A stretch of DNA of 64,000 bases from Methylobacter sp. (lineage in GTDB: Bacteria > Pseudomonadota > Gammaproteobacteria > Methylococcales > Methylomonadaceae): positions 44,918-108,917 of the forward strand of contig SCPZ01000109.1 in NCBI GenBank assembly GCA_004299305.1. Direction: 5' to 3'. The notes beneath the pieces are model-generated. The model was not told the DNA's origin. It ran no database searches and worked only from the letters and a program-made list of their open reading frames with translations. Below, piece by piece: positions 38,488 through 49,564 of the stretch (positions within the stretch are counted from its first letter, which is position 1; each line of letters starts with the position of its first letter). The translations under genes were made by a program, and so were the position numbers.

Positions 38488-41382
38488 TTATTCATCATCC
38501 ACCGGCGGCGGACAGCTGCAAAACACATGCCGGTCGCCATACACATTATCGATACGCCCCACCGGCGGCCAGTATTTGTCATCATGTTGATCACTATTCG
38601 GGAAAAAAGCCTGTCGTTTGGAGTAAGGCAGCGTCCATTTGTCCAGTAACAAGCGGTGGGTGTGCGGCGCATTATGCAGCAGGTTGTTTTCGACATCGGC
38701 AACCCCGGTTTCTATAGCTTTGATTTCCTCGCGAATAGCGATTAACGCCGCACAAAAACGGTCTATCTCAGCTTTATCTTCGCTTTCCGTCGGTTCTATC
38801 ATCAAGGTGTCGGCAACCGGGAACGATACGGTCGGCGCATGAAATCCATAGTCGATCAGGCGTTTGGCGATGTCTTCGACGGTGATGTTGCAGGTCTTTT
38901 TAAAGGCATGGCAATCGATAATGCATTCATGCGCGACCCAGCCGTTTTTGCCGGTGTATAAAATCGGGTAATACGGCGTTAGCCGTTTGGCGATGTAATT
39001 GGCGTTCAGGATTGCGGTCAGCGTCGCGCGTTTTAAACCGGCGGCCCCCATCATCGCGATATAGGCCCAGGAAATGGTATAGATACTGGCCGATCCCCAC
39101 GGCGCGGCGGATACCGTACCGATGGTGCCGTGTTCGCTTTTGGCCGGGTTGACGCCTTCGACAACCGGATGATCGGGCAGGAACGGAGCCAAATGCGCGC
39201 CAACGCCTATGGGCCCTACGCCCGGTCCGCCGCCGCCATGCGGAATGCAGAAGGTTTTATGCAGGTTAAGATGAGCGACGTCCGCGCCGATTTTGCCGGG
39301 ACGGCTTAAACCTACTAAGGCATTAAAGTTTGCGCCATCCAAGTAAACTTGTCCGCCGTGCTGGTGGATCAAGTCGCAAATCTCCCTGAATGCCTGCTCA
39401 AATACGCCGTGAGTGGACGGATAGGTGATCATTAGCGCGGCCAGCGTGTCATGATATTCGGCTGTTTTCGTGCGTAAATCATCCAGGCTGACGTTGCCGT
39501 AAGCATCGCAGGCGACCACCACGACCTTGAGTCCTGCCATCGTGGCGCTGGCCGGATTGGTGCCGTGCGCGGAAGCGGGTATCAAGCAGATGTTGCGCTG
39601 TGCTTGCCCCCTGACTTCATGATATTTGCGAATGACTAGCAAGCCGGTGTATTCACCCTGGGAACCGGCGTTGGGTTGCAGTGAAAAGGCGTCGAAGCCG
39701 GTCAGGTCGCATAACATGTCTTCCAGCTCGGCAAACATCTGTTGGTAGCCGTGGGTTTGGTACATCGGTGCGAACGGGTGCAGCGCGTTAAATTCATAAT
39801 AAGAGATGGTCTGCATTTCCGTCGCGGCATTCAGTTTCATCGTGCAGGACCCCAGCGGTATCATCGAACGATCCAGCGCTATATCGCGCCTAGCTAGGCG
39901 ACGCATATAACGCATCATTTCGGTTTCGGAATGATAACGGTCGAAAACCGGATGTTGCAGGATTTGATCGTGGCGCAATAAGGCTTCCGGGATACATTCG
40001 CCGACTACGGCATCCAAGACATTAATGTCAGGAAGGTCTGCGGTGGCAGAGGCAAAAACCTGCCAGACATCTCGTAAGTTCCCCCGCGTGGTGGTTTCGT
40101 CCAACGATATGCCGATATGGTCCGCGTCGATAATCCGCAAGTTAATATTGGTTTCTGTCGCCTGGGCCGCGATGCGTTTTGCCCGGTTCGGTGTAAAGAT
40201 AACCAAGGTATCGAAATAACAATTGCTCAGCACTTGATGACCCAGCTGGGTAATTCCGGCAGCCAGGATTTGCGCGTAACGATGCACCCGACTTGCAATC
40301 AAGCGCAAACCTTCCGCACCGTGATAAACCGCATAAAACCCGGCAATCACGGCAAGCAACACCTGCGATGTGCAGATGTTGCTGGTGGCCTTATCCCTGC
40401 GGATATGTTGCTCGCGGGTTTGCAGCGCCATGCGCAAGGCAAGCTGTCCGTGGCTGTCTTTCGATACGCCGATAATACGGCCGGGAACCGAGCGCTTGTA
40501 TTCGTCTTTGGTTGCAAAATACGCGGCATGAGGGCCGCCATAACCCATCGGTACGCCAAAACGCTGGGAGTTGCCGACCACTATGTCGACGCCGAATTCG
40601 GCAGGCGCTTTAAGCAACACCAGCGCCAACAAATCCGCCGCGACCGTGATCAGCGCCGATTTTGCCTGGGCGATGGCGGTGACTGCGCACAGGTCTTTTA
40701 TTTCACCTTTACAGCCGGGATATTGCACCAGCAACGCAAAAAAATCGTATTGCTCCAGGTCCTGATAAGGGTCGCCGACGATAACTTCATAACCCAAGGA
40801 GTGGGCGCGGGTCTTGATCACGGCAATGGTCTGCGGGTGGCAATCTTGATCCAGGAAAATACTGTTGGCAGCGCTCTTGGACAAGCGCCGCGACATGGTC
40901 ATAGCTTCCGCCGCCGCCGTAGCTTCATCAAGCAGCGAGGCGTTAGCCAAGGCCATGCCGGTTAAATCGATGATAACTTGCTGGAAAGTCAGCAACGCTT
41001 CCAGCCGCCCTTGGCTGACCTCGGCCTGATAAGGCGTATAAGCCGTATACCAAGCGGGATTTTCCAACACATTGCGCTTAATCACCGCAGGCATGACGGT
41101 GTCGTAATAGCCCATGCCTATCATGGAGGTGAACACCTTATTGCGTTCGCGCATTTTACGCAGATGCTTGATCACAGCGCGTTCGCTGATTGTCTCGGTG
41201 AGTTTTAACGGCTCATGATTCAGGATATTGGCCGGAATGGCTAGGTCGATAATATCTTCCAGTTCACTTATGCCCAGTTCCGCCAGCATTTCTTTGGTTT
41301 GCTGCGGATTGGGGCCGATATGGCGGTTGATGAAATTACCGCGCATTTCCAGTTGAGCCAAGCTAGGGCGAGATAGAGGCAT
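38488..41382 (-). CDS. gcvP: Glycine dehydrogenase (decarboxylating), glycine cleavage P protein
   Basis: [79 protein letters not shown]. Confidence 0.98.
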   Translation of the reverse strand: MPLSRPSLAQLEMRGNFINRHIGPNPQQTKEMLAELGISELEDIIDLAIPANILNHEPLKLTETISERAVIKHLRKMRERNKVFTSMIGMGYYDTVMPAVIKRNVLENPAWYTAYTPYQAEVSQGRLEALLTFQQVIIDLTGMALANASLLDEATAAAEAMTMSRRLSKSAANSIFLDQDCHPQTIAVIKTRAHSLGYEVIVGDPYQDLEQYDFFALLVQYPGCKGEIKDLCAVTAIAQAKSALITVAADLLALVLLKAPAEFGVDIVVGNSQRFGVPMGYGGPHAAYFATKDEYKRSVPGRIIGVSKDSHGQLALRMALQTREQHIRRDKATSNICTSQVLLAVIAGFYAVYHGAEGLRLIASRVHRYAQILAAGITQLGHQVLSNCYFDTLVIFTPNRAKRIAAQATETNINLRIIDADHIGISLDETTTRGNLRDVWQVFASATADLPDINVLDAVVGECIPEALLRHDQILQHPVFDRYHSETEMMRYMRRLARRDIALDRSMIPLGSCTMKLNAATEMQTISYYEFNALHPFAPMYQTHGYQQMFAELEDMLCDLTGFDAFSLQPNAGSQGEYTGLLVIRKYHEVRGQAQRNICLIPASAHGTNPASATMAGLKVVVVACDAYGNVSLDDLRTKTAEYHDTLAALMITYPSTHGVFEQAFREICDLIHQHGGQVYLDGANFNALVGLSRPGKIGADVAHLNLHKTFCIPHGGGGPGVGPIGVGAHLAPFLPDHPVVEGVNPAKSEHGTIGTVSAAPWGSASIYTISWAYIAMMGAAGLKRATLTAILNANYIAKRLTPYYPILYTGKNGWVAHECIIDCHAFKKTCNITVEDIAKRLIDYGFHAPTVSFPVADTLMIEPTESEDKAEIDRFCAALIAIREEIKAIETGVADVENNLLHNAPHTHRLLLDKWTLPYSKRQAFFPNSDQHDDKYWPPVGRIDNVYGDRHVFCSCPPPVDDE

Positions 41383-41699
41383 AATTTATAATTACTCAGC
41401 AGTTAGGGGAATAGAACACGGCTTTGACCGATAAACATCTATAAAACAGGGCTTCTTCATAAAGATGACACGTGATGAATATATCATCATTATCTTATTA
41501 CTTATATCACTGCCTACCTGCGCGAAACCCATGATAAATTTATTCTTCCCAGTAAATCCAATATCCTTAATAAACTTAATGCCTTTTGTAAGCATCTGAC
41601 GATAGCCCTGGCCGCTACCCCATTTTTAAAGCACCCCGCTTTATTTCGTGTCAAAATATACCTTTATTTAAATGTATTAAATCGAGAACTTAAGTCTTT

Positions 41700-42644
41700 A
41701 TGAAAATTGCTATTTTGTCCCGTAACCCCAAACTGTACTCGACCTCTCGGTTGGTTAAAGCCGCAGAAGCACGGGGGCATAAGGTACGGGTTTTGGATGT
41801 ATTGCGCTGTTATATGAATATTACTTCGCATAATCCATCCATTCATTATCGGGGTGAAGACTTAACGGGATTTGATGCCGTTATTCCCCGGATTGGCGCT
41901 TCAGTCACGTTCTACGGAACTGCGGTATTGAGACAGTTTGAAATGATGAATGTGTTTCCTTTAAACGAGTCGGTAGCTATATCACGGTCACGCGATAAAT
42001 TAAGGTCAACCCAGTTACTTGCCAGAAAAGGCATAGGCCTACCGGTAACAGGCTTTGCCAATAATCCTGACGATATTGAGGATTTAATCGCCCAAGTCGG
42101 CGGCGCTCCGCTGGTGATTAAATTATTGGAAGGTACGCAAGGCATCGGCGTGGTTTTGGCCGAAACCCATAATGCCGCAGAGAGCGTTATTCAAGCTTTT
42201 ATGGGACTTAAAGCCAATATTATGGTGCAGGAGTTTATTAAGGAAGCCGGCGGCAGTGATATTCGCTGCTTTGTGGTAGACGGCAAAGTCGTTGCCGCGA
42301 TGAAACGTCAGGCAACGCCGGGGGAGTTTCGTTCAAATTTACATCGCGGCGGTTCTGCGGCTTTAGTGCGCTTAACCCCAGAGGAACGCTCTACTGCCGT
42401 GCGAGCCGCGAAAATCATGGGCTTGAATGTGTGCGGCGTCGATATGCTGCGATCCAACCACGGCCCGGTCATTATGGAGGTCAATTCGTCTCCCGGACTG
42501 GAGGGTATTGAAGCCGCCAGCGGCAAGGATATTGCGGATTTAATCATTCAATTTATTGAAAAACGCTTTGAAACGCTGGAAATATCTAAAGACAAATCGC
42601 CTGTCGGCACCAGCACTCGAACCCGTACTCGCGGCAAAGGTTAA
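41700..42644 (+). CDS. rimK: Ribosomal protein S6 glutamyl ligase RimK
   Basis: [61 protein letters not shown]. Confidence 0.97.
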   Translation: MKIAILSRNPKLYSTSRLVKAAEARGHKVRVLDVLRCYMNITSHNPSIHYRGEDLTGFDAVIPRIGASVTFYGTAVLRQFEMMNVFPLNESVAISRSRDKLRSTQLLARKGIGLPVTGFANNPDDIEDLIAQVGGAPLVIKLLEGTQGIGVVLAETHNAAESVIQAFMGLKANIMVQEFIKEAGGSDIRCFVVDGKVVAAMKRQATPGEFRSNLHRGGSAALVRLTPEERSTAVRAAKIMGLNVCGVDMLRSNHGPVIMEVNSSPGLEGIEAASGKDIADLIIQFIEKRFETLEISKDKSPVGTSTRTRTRGKG

Positions 42645-42688
42645 TCGTGCCTCCTGTTTCCAACACGCGTAGACTACCCTTTTAACTT

Positions 42689-42907
42689 ATGTCTGATTTT
42701 AAAAAATACCAGTGCCTGGAATGCGAGCATATCTATGATGAAGCCAAAGGCGACCCCGACAGTGGTATTGCAGCGGGAACCCGCTGGGCGGATATTCCCG
42801 ATAGCTGGGATTGCCCGATATGCGGCGCTCCCAAAAGTTTTTTCAAGTTATCGGCAATTGCTCCCTGCATTGCTCTACCTCCTGCATCCATGCAGTCGAT
42901 GGAATAA
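42689..42907 (+). CDS. Rubredoxin with a repeat-derived C-terminal tail
   Basis: CLEC..YDEAKGDPDSGIAAGTRWADIPDSWDCPICG; the last ~18 codons come from the repeat at 42851-42898. Confidence 0.92.
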   Translation: MSDFKKYQCLECEHIYDEAKGDPDSGIAAGTRWADIPDSWDCPICGAPKSFFKLSAIAPCIALPPASMQSME

Positions 42908-42916
42908 TCAAACCTT

Positions 42917-43657
42917 TTGGATTGGGGAATATCAAAAATGAAACATAACCGTGCTTTTGGTATTGCTTACATGGATGCAGGCAAGGGGCGTGCTCTACCC
43001 GATTACAGATCATTCAACAAAGCCGCCCAACGACTGATAGTGGCGCTGCTGTTTTTTTGTCCTCTTAGCGCATTCGCTGACAATACTTGGAGCTATCATC
43101 AAGAAAGTGACCGATTAAGCAATCGAAGCTATAGCTTTGCCTTGTCGCCTATGCCGCCTCGCGGTCTTTATGATAACGTTAGATTGAAAATTACCTGTAA
43201 GGACAACGCCTTGCAAGTGAGTATCGATGCCGACAGCCTGATCGCCTCGCAAGGCAGCGATTTTGATTTTGAGTATCAAATAGATAAAAATCCCCCGGTT
43301 ACGCTTCCAATGAAGACCTTTAAGGACTCAAAGCGAAAAGGTTATACAGAAGAATATGCCAAACGCATCGTCGATGACTTATTGACCGGGCAATCCGTTT
43401 TTATTCGCATCAACACCATGATACGCAAGGTTCTGTCCGCAGTAATGCCGTTGGAAAATGCCGCCGACCCTATTAAACACGTCATCACCGATTGCGGCCT
43501 CAGCTTATCCGATAACACAAGCAATGAATCGGCCTATAGTTTGAGCGAATTTGAACAGGAATTCGGCAAACTGCCTTCAGTACAGCAACAGCAGGTGCTG
43601 AGTAAAATAAAGCAAATCATCAAAGACACACAAAAGGCTCTTTTAATAGAGAAATGA
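42917..43657 (+). CDS. Hypothetical exported protein; true start uncertain
   Basis: Long ORF with a signal-like segment LIVALLFFCPLSAFA; the 5' part overlaps repeat-derived sequence. Confidence 0.65.
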   Translation: MDWGISKMKHNRAFGIAYMDAGKGRALPDYRSFNKAAQRLIVALLFFCPLSAFADNTWSYHQESDRLSNRSYSFALSPMPPRGLYDNVRLKITCKDNALQVSIDADSLIASQGSDFDFEYQIDKNPPVTLPMKTFKDSKRKGYTEEYAKRIVDDLLTGQSVFIRINTMIRKVLSAVMPLENAADPIKHVITDCGLSLSDNTSNESAYSLSEFEQEFGKLPSVQQQQVLSKIKQIIKDTQKALLIEK

Positions 43658-43658
43658 G

Positions 43659-43814
43659 GTAACTACTCAGGGCTAATTTTATAATAGAACACGGATGACA
43701 CAGATTTAAACGGATTTTAAAGAGTCGATGGACAGCCCATTCATTGGTTTTATCCGTGTTTATCAGTCTAATCCGTGTCATCCGTGTTCCATTTTCTATC
43801 TGCTGAGTAGTTAC
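43659..43814. mobile_element. F3 (IS66-like) MITE
   Basis: GTAACTACTCAG...CTGAGTAGTTAC with perfect 8-bp duplication GAAATGAG (43651-58, 43815-22), which includes the upstream stop codon. Confidence 0.92.
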
Positions 43815-43874
43815 GAAATGAGTATAATTACCGGCATTCTCAAACGCTGAGCCGATCGGCTGGAAAACATAGCA

Positions 43875-45050
43875 ATGAAATCACAACCTATTTTTGATTA
43901 CCCCCTTTTTGCCCTGGGATTTAGAGCCTTTTTTGCCTTGGCCGGGCTCGCGGCGCTGATCTTGATTGTCTTTTGGAATGCCATGTTCAACGGCACGTTA
44001 ACGGCGGAACATTATTTTTCCAATACTTACTGGCATGCGCACGAAATGTTATTGGGCTATGCCGTAGCCGTCATTGCAGGATTTTTATTAACGGCAGTTA
44101 AAAATTGGACGGGTAAGCCGACGCTGATCGGCGACCCATTGGCTGGCTTGTGTTTGTTATGGCTCTATGGGCGCATCTTGCCGTTTTATGCGGGCGTGTT
44201 GCCTGACGCATTAATTGCCTTGGTGGACTTTTCGTTTTTGCCCGCCCTGGCTTATCAAGTCAGCAAGCCTATCATTGAGGCAAAGCAATATAGAAATCTG
44301 TTTTTTATAGGCCTGTTACTGCTGTTGGCTTTGGGCAATGGCCTGATCCATATTGAAATGCTGGGTTTGCAGGATAACACTGCGGCAACGGGCATTCAGC
44401 TGGTCGTTGCGACTATTATCATCCTGATCCTAGTTATTGCCGGACGGGTATTTCCTTTTTTTACCGAACGCGGCATCCCGGGAACCCTAATCATCAAAAA
44501 CCCGTTGCTGGATAGCTTATCGGTAGCCTCTGCTGTGATCGTATTCGCCCTGCAATTATTCGGCATTTCGGGAACCTTGTTAGCCTTAGCTGCGGGTGTT
44601 GCCGTTGCCGTCAATGCCGCTAGGCTAGCGGGTTGGTATGTGCAACGCATCCTATACGTACCGTTGTTATGGGTGCTTTATGCCGGTTACGGCTGGATAA
44701 TCCTGGGTTTTATGTTGACCGTATTATCGGCCTATTCTGTGGTGCCGTCGTCGTTGGCGCTTCATGCTTTTACGTTGGGAGGGATCGGCGTATTAACATT
44801 GGGCATGATGGCGAGGGTATCGCTAGGCCATACAGGCCGGGCTATGAAGGCTTCCAATGCGATAGCGATTGCATTTGCGTTGATTAATCTTGCCGCTTTA
44901 TTCCGGGTTTTATTACCGATAGCGATGCCGGACTGGTACGAAAATTTACTCTATGTATCGATACTTCTCTGGCTGGCGGCATTCTCCTTATTTGTGTTTG
45001 TTTATGCGCCGATATTAACCCGCGCAAGAATTGACGGTCAGGAGGGGTAA
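43875..45050 (+). CDS. nnrS: NnrS family haem-copper membrane protein
   Basis: LGFRAFF, WHAHEMLLGY, GFLLTAVKNWTG, GRVFPFFT, LHAFTLGGIG..LGMMARVSLGHTGR. Confidence 0.95.
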   Translation: MKSQPIFDYPLFALGFRAFFALAGLAALILIVFWNAMFNGTLTAEHYFSNTYWHAHEMLLGYAVAVIAGFLLTAVKNWTGKPTLIGDPLAGLCLLWLYGRILPFYAGVLPDALIALVDFSFLPALAYQVSKPIIEAKQYRNLFFIGLLLLLALGNGLIHIEMLGLQDNTAATGIQLVVATIIILILVIAGRVFPFFTERGIPGTLIIKNPLLDSLSVASAVIVFALQLFGISGTLLALAAGVAVAVNAARLAGWYVQRILYVPLLWVLYAGYGWIILGFMLTVLSAYSVVPSSLALHAFTLGGIGVLTLGMMARVSLGHTGRAMKASNAIAIAFALINLAALFRVLLPIAMPDWYENLLYVSILLWLAAFSLFVFVYAPILTRARIDGQEG

Positions 45051-45479
45051 ATGCTTCACAAGCTGGATGGTATTGTTGAACTGGTAACCAGCTCTCTTGT
45101 TTTATTTTCCAGTATCGGCATTTTTGTACTGACTTTGAATGCCCGTTATACCCATGCCATCGGTCGGGTGAGGGACATCTATGAAGAGCTTAAAACCAGT
45201 TCAAAAGCGGAAAAACTGGAAAAGGAACTCAATACCATGGTGTACCGGTGTCAAGTGCTCAAGTGGAGTTTCGGATTGCTGTTGTGTAGCGCGATAAGCA
45301 GCGGCGTGTTTGTACTGGGCTCAATCGCTTTGCGCTTTACCGAACAAATCAGCGCGGAAGTTTTGATTTTATTTGTCGTCTTCAGCGTGTTATTTATTTT
45401 CAGTTCAATGGTTTGTTTGTTTATCGACGTACTGGCTTCTTTAAAAGCAACCATGATTCATATTGAAAGAATGAACTGA
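45051..45479 (+). CDS. Small membrane protein (DUF2721-like)
   Basis: IGIFVLTLNARYTHAIGRVR pattern, three TM segments, operonic with nnrS. Confidence 0.75.
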   Translation: MLHKLDGIVELVTSSLVLFSSIGIFVLTLNARYTHAIGRVRDIYEELKTSSKAEKLEKELNTMVYRCQVLKWSFGLLLCSAISSGVFVLGSIALRFTEQISAEVLILFVVFSVLFIFSSMVCLFIDVLASLKATMIHIERMN

Positions 45480-45567
45480 AATATCGTGGCAAGCAGAACG
45501 TTAAAAGGCCTTTCTTTCCAATGTGACGTTTGGCGCGGCACTTTAAGTCATACAGCAGGTTTTGTTA

Positions 45568-45999
45568 ATGTGGGTACAAAAAGAGTTTTTATTATCGGAA
45601 AAGAGCAGGGGATTTCACCTGATCACCGGTGAAATCCTGAACGTCATTCCAGAATTGGCCGCCATAGAGTGCGGATTGCTGCACCTTTTTATCAAGCATA
45701 CATCGGCATCGTTGACGGTTAATGAGAATGCCGACCCGACGGTGCGGCAGGACATGGAAAGCCACTTTAATCGATTTGTGCCGGAAGGAGCGCCTTACTA
45801 TAAACATGCCTATGAGGGTGATGACGACATGCCCGCCCACATAAAAAATGCCCTGCTAGGTTCCAGTTGCAGCATACCCATTACCAAAGGCAAGCTTAAT
45901 CTGGGCATCTGGCAAGGCATTTACCTGTGCGAGCATCGCAATCATGGCGGCAGCAGACGTATCGTGGCTACTATTCAGGGACAGGCTCGGGCCGGGTAG
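45568..45999 (+). CDS. yjbQ: YjbQ/UPF0047 family protein
   Basis: [44 protein letters not shown]. Confidence 0.95.
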   Translation: MWVQKEFLLSEKSRGFHLITGEILNVIPELAAIECGLLHLFIKHTSASLTVNENADPTVRQDMESHFNRFVPEGAPYYKHAYEGDDDMPAHIKNALLGSSCSIPITKGKLNLGIWQGIYLCEHRNHGGSRRIVATIQGQARAG

Positions 46000-46043
46000 T
46001 TCCATCCGGCAGGGATTGTCGAGCCCGAGCCTGTTAAAGCGCA

Positions 46044-48281
46044 CTACTTCCAAATACTGACAATATTAGTAAAGTCATCCGTCCATGGCTTCATATCAAA
46101 ATATAAAGGCATTTTTTGCCAGTTGCCGAGACGGCTTAGGCGTAATGGTTCTAGTGTTTCTGCCTGTTTTGCCATAACCACCCAGTCGGTCGCAACCACT
46201 AGCGGGATGTCCTGTTGCGGCTTGAACTCCTGAATCAACGCGGCCAAGTGTAGGGCTTCCGCATTAATCGACAATACTTTTTTCAGCGATAAATGGCGGT
46301 TGGTCATATGAAATGCCAGTATGCCGCCGGGTTTGAGCTTTTTGAAATAAAGCGCCAGCGCTTCCTTGGTTAAAAGATGGGTCGGCACCGAATCGGAACT
46401 GAACGCATCCATGACTAATAAGTCAAAGTGCTGGTCCGGCTCTTTTTCCAGCGACAAGCGGGCGTCGCCGACGCGCATCGTGGCGTTATGGGCGCATTGG
46501 CTCAGGTAGCTGAAATAAGCGGGGGTACTCGCAATGTCTACCACCAGCGGATCGATTTCGTACAGCGTCCAGTTCTGTTGATCTTTGGCATAACAGGCTA
46601 AGGCTCCGGCGCCCAAGCCAACCACGCCTATATTCCAGGCTTGATCATTATTATCGTATTCCTTAAACAGCTGTCCCATCGGTCCTGGGCGACTGTAATA
46701 GGTCAACGGTATTTGGCTTAAGTTTGCAGCCAGACGTTGCGCTCCGTGTTTGGTCGTGCCGTGGAAAAGTTCATGATAGTGTTCAGGTTTGCCTTGTTCA
46801 TCGGTTAACACCGCATCACGCACGGCCAGTACGCCAAAAAAGGTGCGTTCTTGATACAGCGTATGCGATGACAGGCCATGTAAGCCCAGAGCAAGGAAAA
46901 TAATCGCGCCGGTCGTTAAAGCGAAGCCGACTGGGCGCTCTCTGAGCAAGTAGGTTAGCAAGGTTAAGCCTATCAAGCCGATGACGATGACGTCGAAATA
47001 CTGGAGCAAATCGTCGACGGTGGCATGAACAATAATCCCGACTATGACCAGCAGGGTAGGGGCTATTATTTGCAGCACCAAGCCGGTGTTCATTGTCAGT
47101 TTTAGGCCGGGGCGCAGCAGCAAGGCCGCAATGATCATAATCGGGTATTCATAAACGGCATTAAACACAAACGGCGCAACAAAGGTGTTGAACATGCCGC
47201 CTAACATGCCGGCAAAAGACATGATCAGGTAGAAATTGGTTAAATGCCGGGTATGTGGTCTTAGTTTTGCCAGTTCGCCGTGACAAACCATTACTGCAAA
47301 GAAAAAGGCGATCAGGTGCAAAATCAGGTAGGCCCAATAAGGCAAATCGGCCGGATTAATGAATGCGTAGGCGATAAACGGCAACAGGAAGATTGGTTGC
47401 AGTTTGACCATGAGTGGATGAATTTTGTCGTTCCATTTAGAAAAAACGATCACAAAAGACAGTAAATACAGCGTTAATGGGATAATCCACAACAACGGCA
47501 CCGAGGCAATATCGGTGCTGATGAAATTGGTCAAGCCCAGCAACAGGCTGGACGGCACCAAGGCCAGAGCCAGCCAGTGTAATTTGGTGATTAGGCTGAG
47601 ATTGTTTTCATCGCTTGCATCCAGGTCCTCGTGTTGCTCGGTTGTTTGCCGACTTTTCCACAGCACAAAAGCACAAGTTGCAATTAGCAGGCAAAGCAGC
47701 AGGTAGCCGACGCTCCAATAACTTTTCTGGTTAGCCAGTCCGATATTAGGTTCGAGCAGGAACGGATAACTCAGCAATGCAATCAGGCTGCCGGTGTTGC
47801 TGGCCGCATACAGGTAATAAGGATCATGGCTGGTATGGTGGCCAACATGGGCAAACCATTTTTGAATCAGCGGTGCGGTCGTGGAGACCACGAAAAAAGG
47901 CAGGCCGATGGCAAGGAATAAAGTCCATAGCAGCCAGAAGGTCGGGTTGCTGTCGGTCGGCGGGACGGTGTTTTCAGGCAAGGCTAATGGCAGCGCCAAG
48001 AAGCTAATCAGTATCAGCGCAGTATGAACCTGAATTTGGCGGTGCTGGCTATACCGCGTTGAAAGATAGTGCGCGTAAAGATAACCCAGAAACAAAATAC
48101 TCTGGTAAAACACCATGCAGGTGTTCCAGACTGCCGGGGATCCGCCCAGTAAGGGTAATAAAATCTTCCCGAACAGGGGTTGCAACACAAACATCAGCGA
48201 TGCGCTGGTAAATAAGGTTGCTGCAAACAGGAAGATGAGGGATAAATTGCGATCGGTTGTAGCTTCTTGATGGTGGTTCAT
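46044..48281 (-). CDS. Fused MFS-like/spermidine synthase-like methyltransferase membrane protein
   Basis: Many TMs, YAASNTGS, HGTTKHGAQ, VGLGAGALA, YEIDPLVV, GDARL, MDAFSSDSVPTHLLT. Confidence 0.9.
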   Translation of the reverse strand: MNHHQEATTDRNLSLIFLFAATLFTSASLMFVLQPLFGKILLPLLGGSPAVWNTCMVFYQSILFLGYLYAHYLSTRYSQHRQIQVHTALILISFLALPLALPENTVPPTDSNPTFWLLWTLFLAIGLPFFVVSTTAPLIQKWFAHVGHHTSHDPYYLYAASNTGSLIALLSYPFLLEPNIGLANQKSYWSVGYLLLCLLIATCAFVLWKSRQTTEQHEDLDASDENNLSLITKLHWLALALVPSSLLLGLTNFISTDIASVPLLWIIPLTLYLLSFVIVFSKWNDKIHPLMVKLQPIFLLPFIAYAFINPADLPYWAYLILHLIAFFFAVMVCHGELAKLRPHTRHLTNFYLIMSFAGMLGGMFNTFVAPFVFNAVYEYPIMIIAALLLRPGLKLTMNTGLVLQIIAPTLLVIVGIIVHATVDDLLQYFDVIVIGLIGLTLLTYLLRERPVGFALTTGAIIFLALGLHGLSSHTLYQERTFFGVLAVRDAVLTDEQGKPEHYHELFHGTTKHGAQRLAANLSQIPLTYYSRPGPMGQLFKEYDNNDQAWNIGVVGLGAGALACYAKDQQNWTLYEIDPLVVDIASTPAYFSYLSQCAHNATMRVGDARLSLEKEPDQHFDLLVMDAFSSDSVPTHLLTKEALALYFKKLKPGGILAFHMTNRHLSLKKVLSINAEALHLAALIQEFKPQQDIPLVVATDWVVMAKQAETLEPLRLSRLGNWQKMPLYFDMKPWTDDFTNIVSIWK

Positions 48282-48407
48282 TATTTTTATAGGTAGCCCT
48301 AGCGGCCTTTAATTTTTAATCTGCTAATGATAAAGCATTTGTTGCTGTATGGGGCAGTTGAAAATAACGCGGCTTAATACCTATCAGTTTTAATGAAAAT
48401 TCCCAGT

Positions 48408-48683
48408 ACGTCATTCCGGCAGGGATTGCCGGTATCCAGAAGCCAGGGATGGCAATCTTAGGAACGAGTATGAAATAAAGTGGACAACTGTGTGCGGCAG
48501 GAGTGCAAGCTTCGCCTAAAGCGCCTACTGTTGGTGCTTGCGTATGCAGGCGAAGCCTGCACTCCGACTATTGGCAACTTGCCTAAGTTATTTCGTGCTC
48601 ATTCCTTAGATCACATCCATGCATTGCTCTACCTCCTGCATCCTTGCAGTCGTGGATACCGGCAGTCCATGCCGGTATGACGT
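48408..48683. mobile_element. Nested element: ACGTCATTCCGGCA..TGCCGGTATGACGT hairpin module interrupted by an F1 MITE (48461-48605)
   Basis: Inner element has TTA duplication at 48458-60 and 48606-08 and is the reverse complement of 14951-15074; the outer arms recur at ~57405-57592. Confidence 0.85.
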
Positions 48684-48710
48684 GAAAGTGATAGGTGGTA
48701 AGGAATCGCG

Positions 48711-49277
48711 CTACAACGAACCAAAATAAGCCGCTAATGCTTTAAAATCGGTTTCAGGCATATTAGCGATAATGGCTTGCATCGGCCCGCTTTTACGTGA
48801 GCCGTCTTTAAAGGCTTTTAGTTGTTGCTCAAGATAGTCAGGATGTTGCCCGGCGAGTCTTGGAAACTGGCCGTTACCTCCAGCGGTGGCGCCATGACAT
48901 CCCAGGCACATAGCGGCTTTGGACTCGCCTGTTTTTGCCAATGCCGGATTGCCACCGGCTTTAACCGGCGCTAGACTGGAAAAATAAGCGGCAAGGTTAT
49001 TGATGTCGTCATTAGCCAGGTTGGCCGCCATCGATTGCATCATAGGGTTGATACGATCTCCAGCCTTAAATGCTTTGAGTTGATTAACCAGATAGGTCGA
49101 TTGTTGCGCCGCCAAATTGGGCCATTGCGCATTGGTGCTGCTCCCTTTTTGGCCATGACAACCGGCGCAGGAATTTGCTTTTTGCTCTCCGGCTGCACTA
49201 TCGGCTGCCGAAACCGGCAATGTTAAAAACACTGCCGGAAGAAAAAATAGGATAAATGCTTGTTGTAGTGAGTTCAT
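48711..49277 (-). CDS. Dihaem cytochrome c4/c553
   Basis: Signal peptide, CAGCH and CLGCH, PNLAAQQSTYL, PRLAGQHPDYL, distal Met motifs. Confidence 0.93.
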   Translation of the reverse strand: MNSLQQAFILFFLPAVFLTLPVSAADSAAGEQKANSCAGCHGQKGSSTNAQWPNLAAQQSTYLVNQLKAFKAGDRINPMMQSMAANLANDDINNLAAYFSSLAPVKAGGNPALAKTGESKAAMCLGCHGATAGGNGQFPRLAGQHPDYLEQQLKAFKDGSRKSGPMQAIIANMPETDFKALAAYFGSL

Positions 49278-49564
49278 GATTCACCTCGTAAGATAGGGTT
49301 AGGCCATCCGGCTGGCGGATTATCGACAGAGTCCGCCTTTTGGACAGGTCTTCACTATACAACCAAAAAGATTAGCTGATAACAAAAAAGTATATTAAAC
49401 CTTTTCTGATCATCCTTCTTTGGCCCTATTTAAAACCCATCTAAACTCAGTCTTAATTGACTTTATGTTTTTCATGAAAGCATTTGCTTACATTAAAGTG
49501 TATTTGCGGGTTTATTCACGATAGAATAAAACACCTAATTTCGTTGATAGAAGAGAATTTTCTA

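Noticed and set aside
40117-40965. Long ORFs antisense to gcvP and to other GC-rich genes (e.g. 12841-13380, 13659-14144)
   Set aside because: These are shadow ORFs opposite well-supported genes, with no recognisable motifs.
41383-41699. Glycine riboswitch expected upstream of gcvP
   Set aside because: No tandem GGAGA..CCGAAG..CTTTCAGG aptamer is visible; only AT-rich sequence and a degenerate repeat fragment at ~41394-41420.
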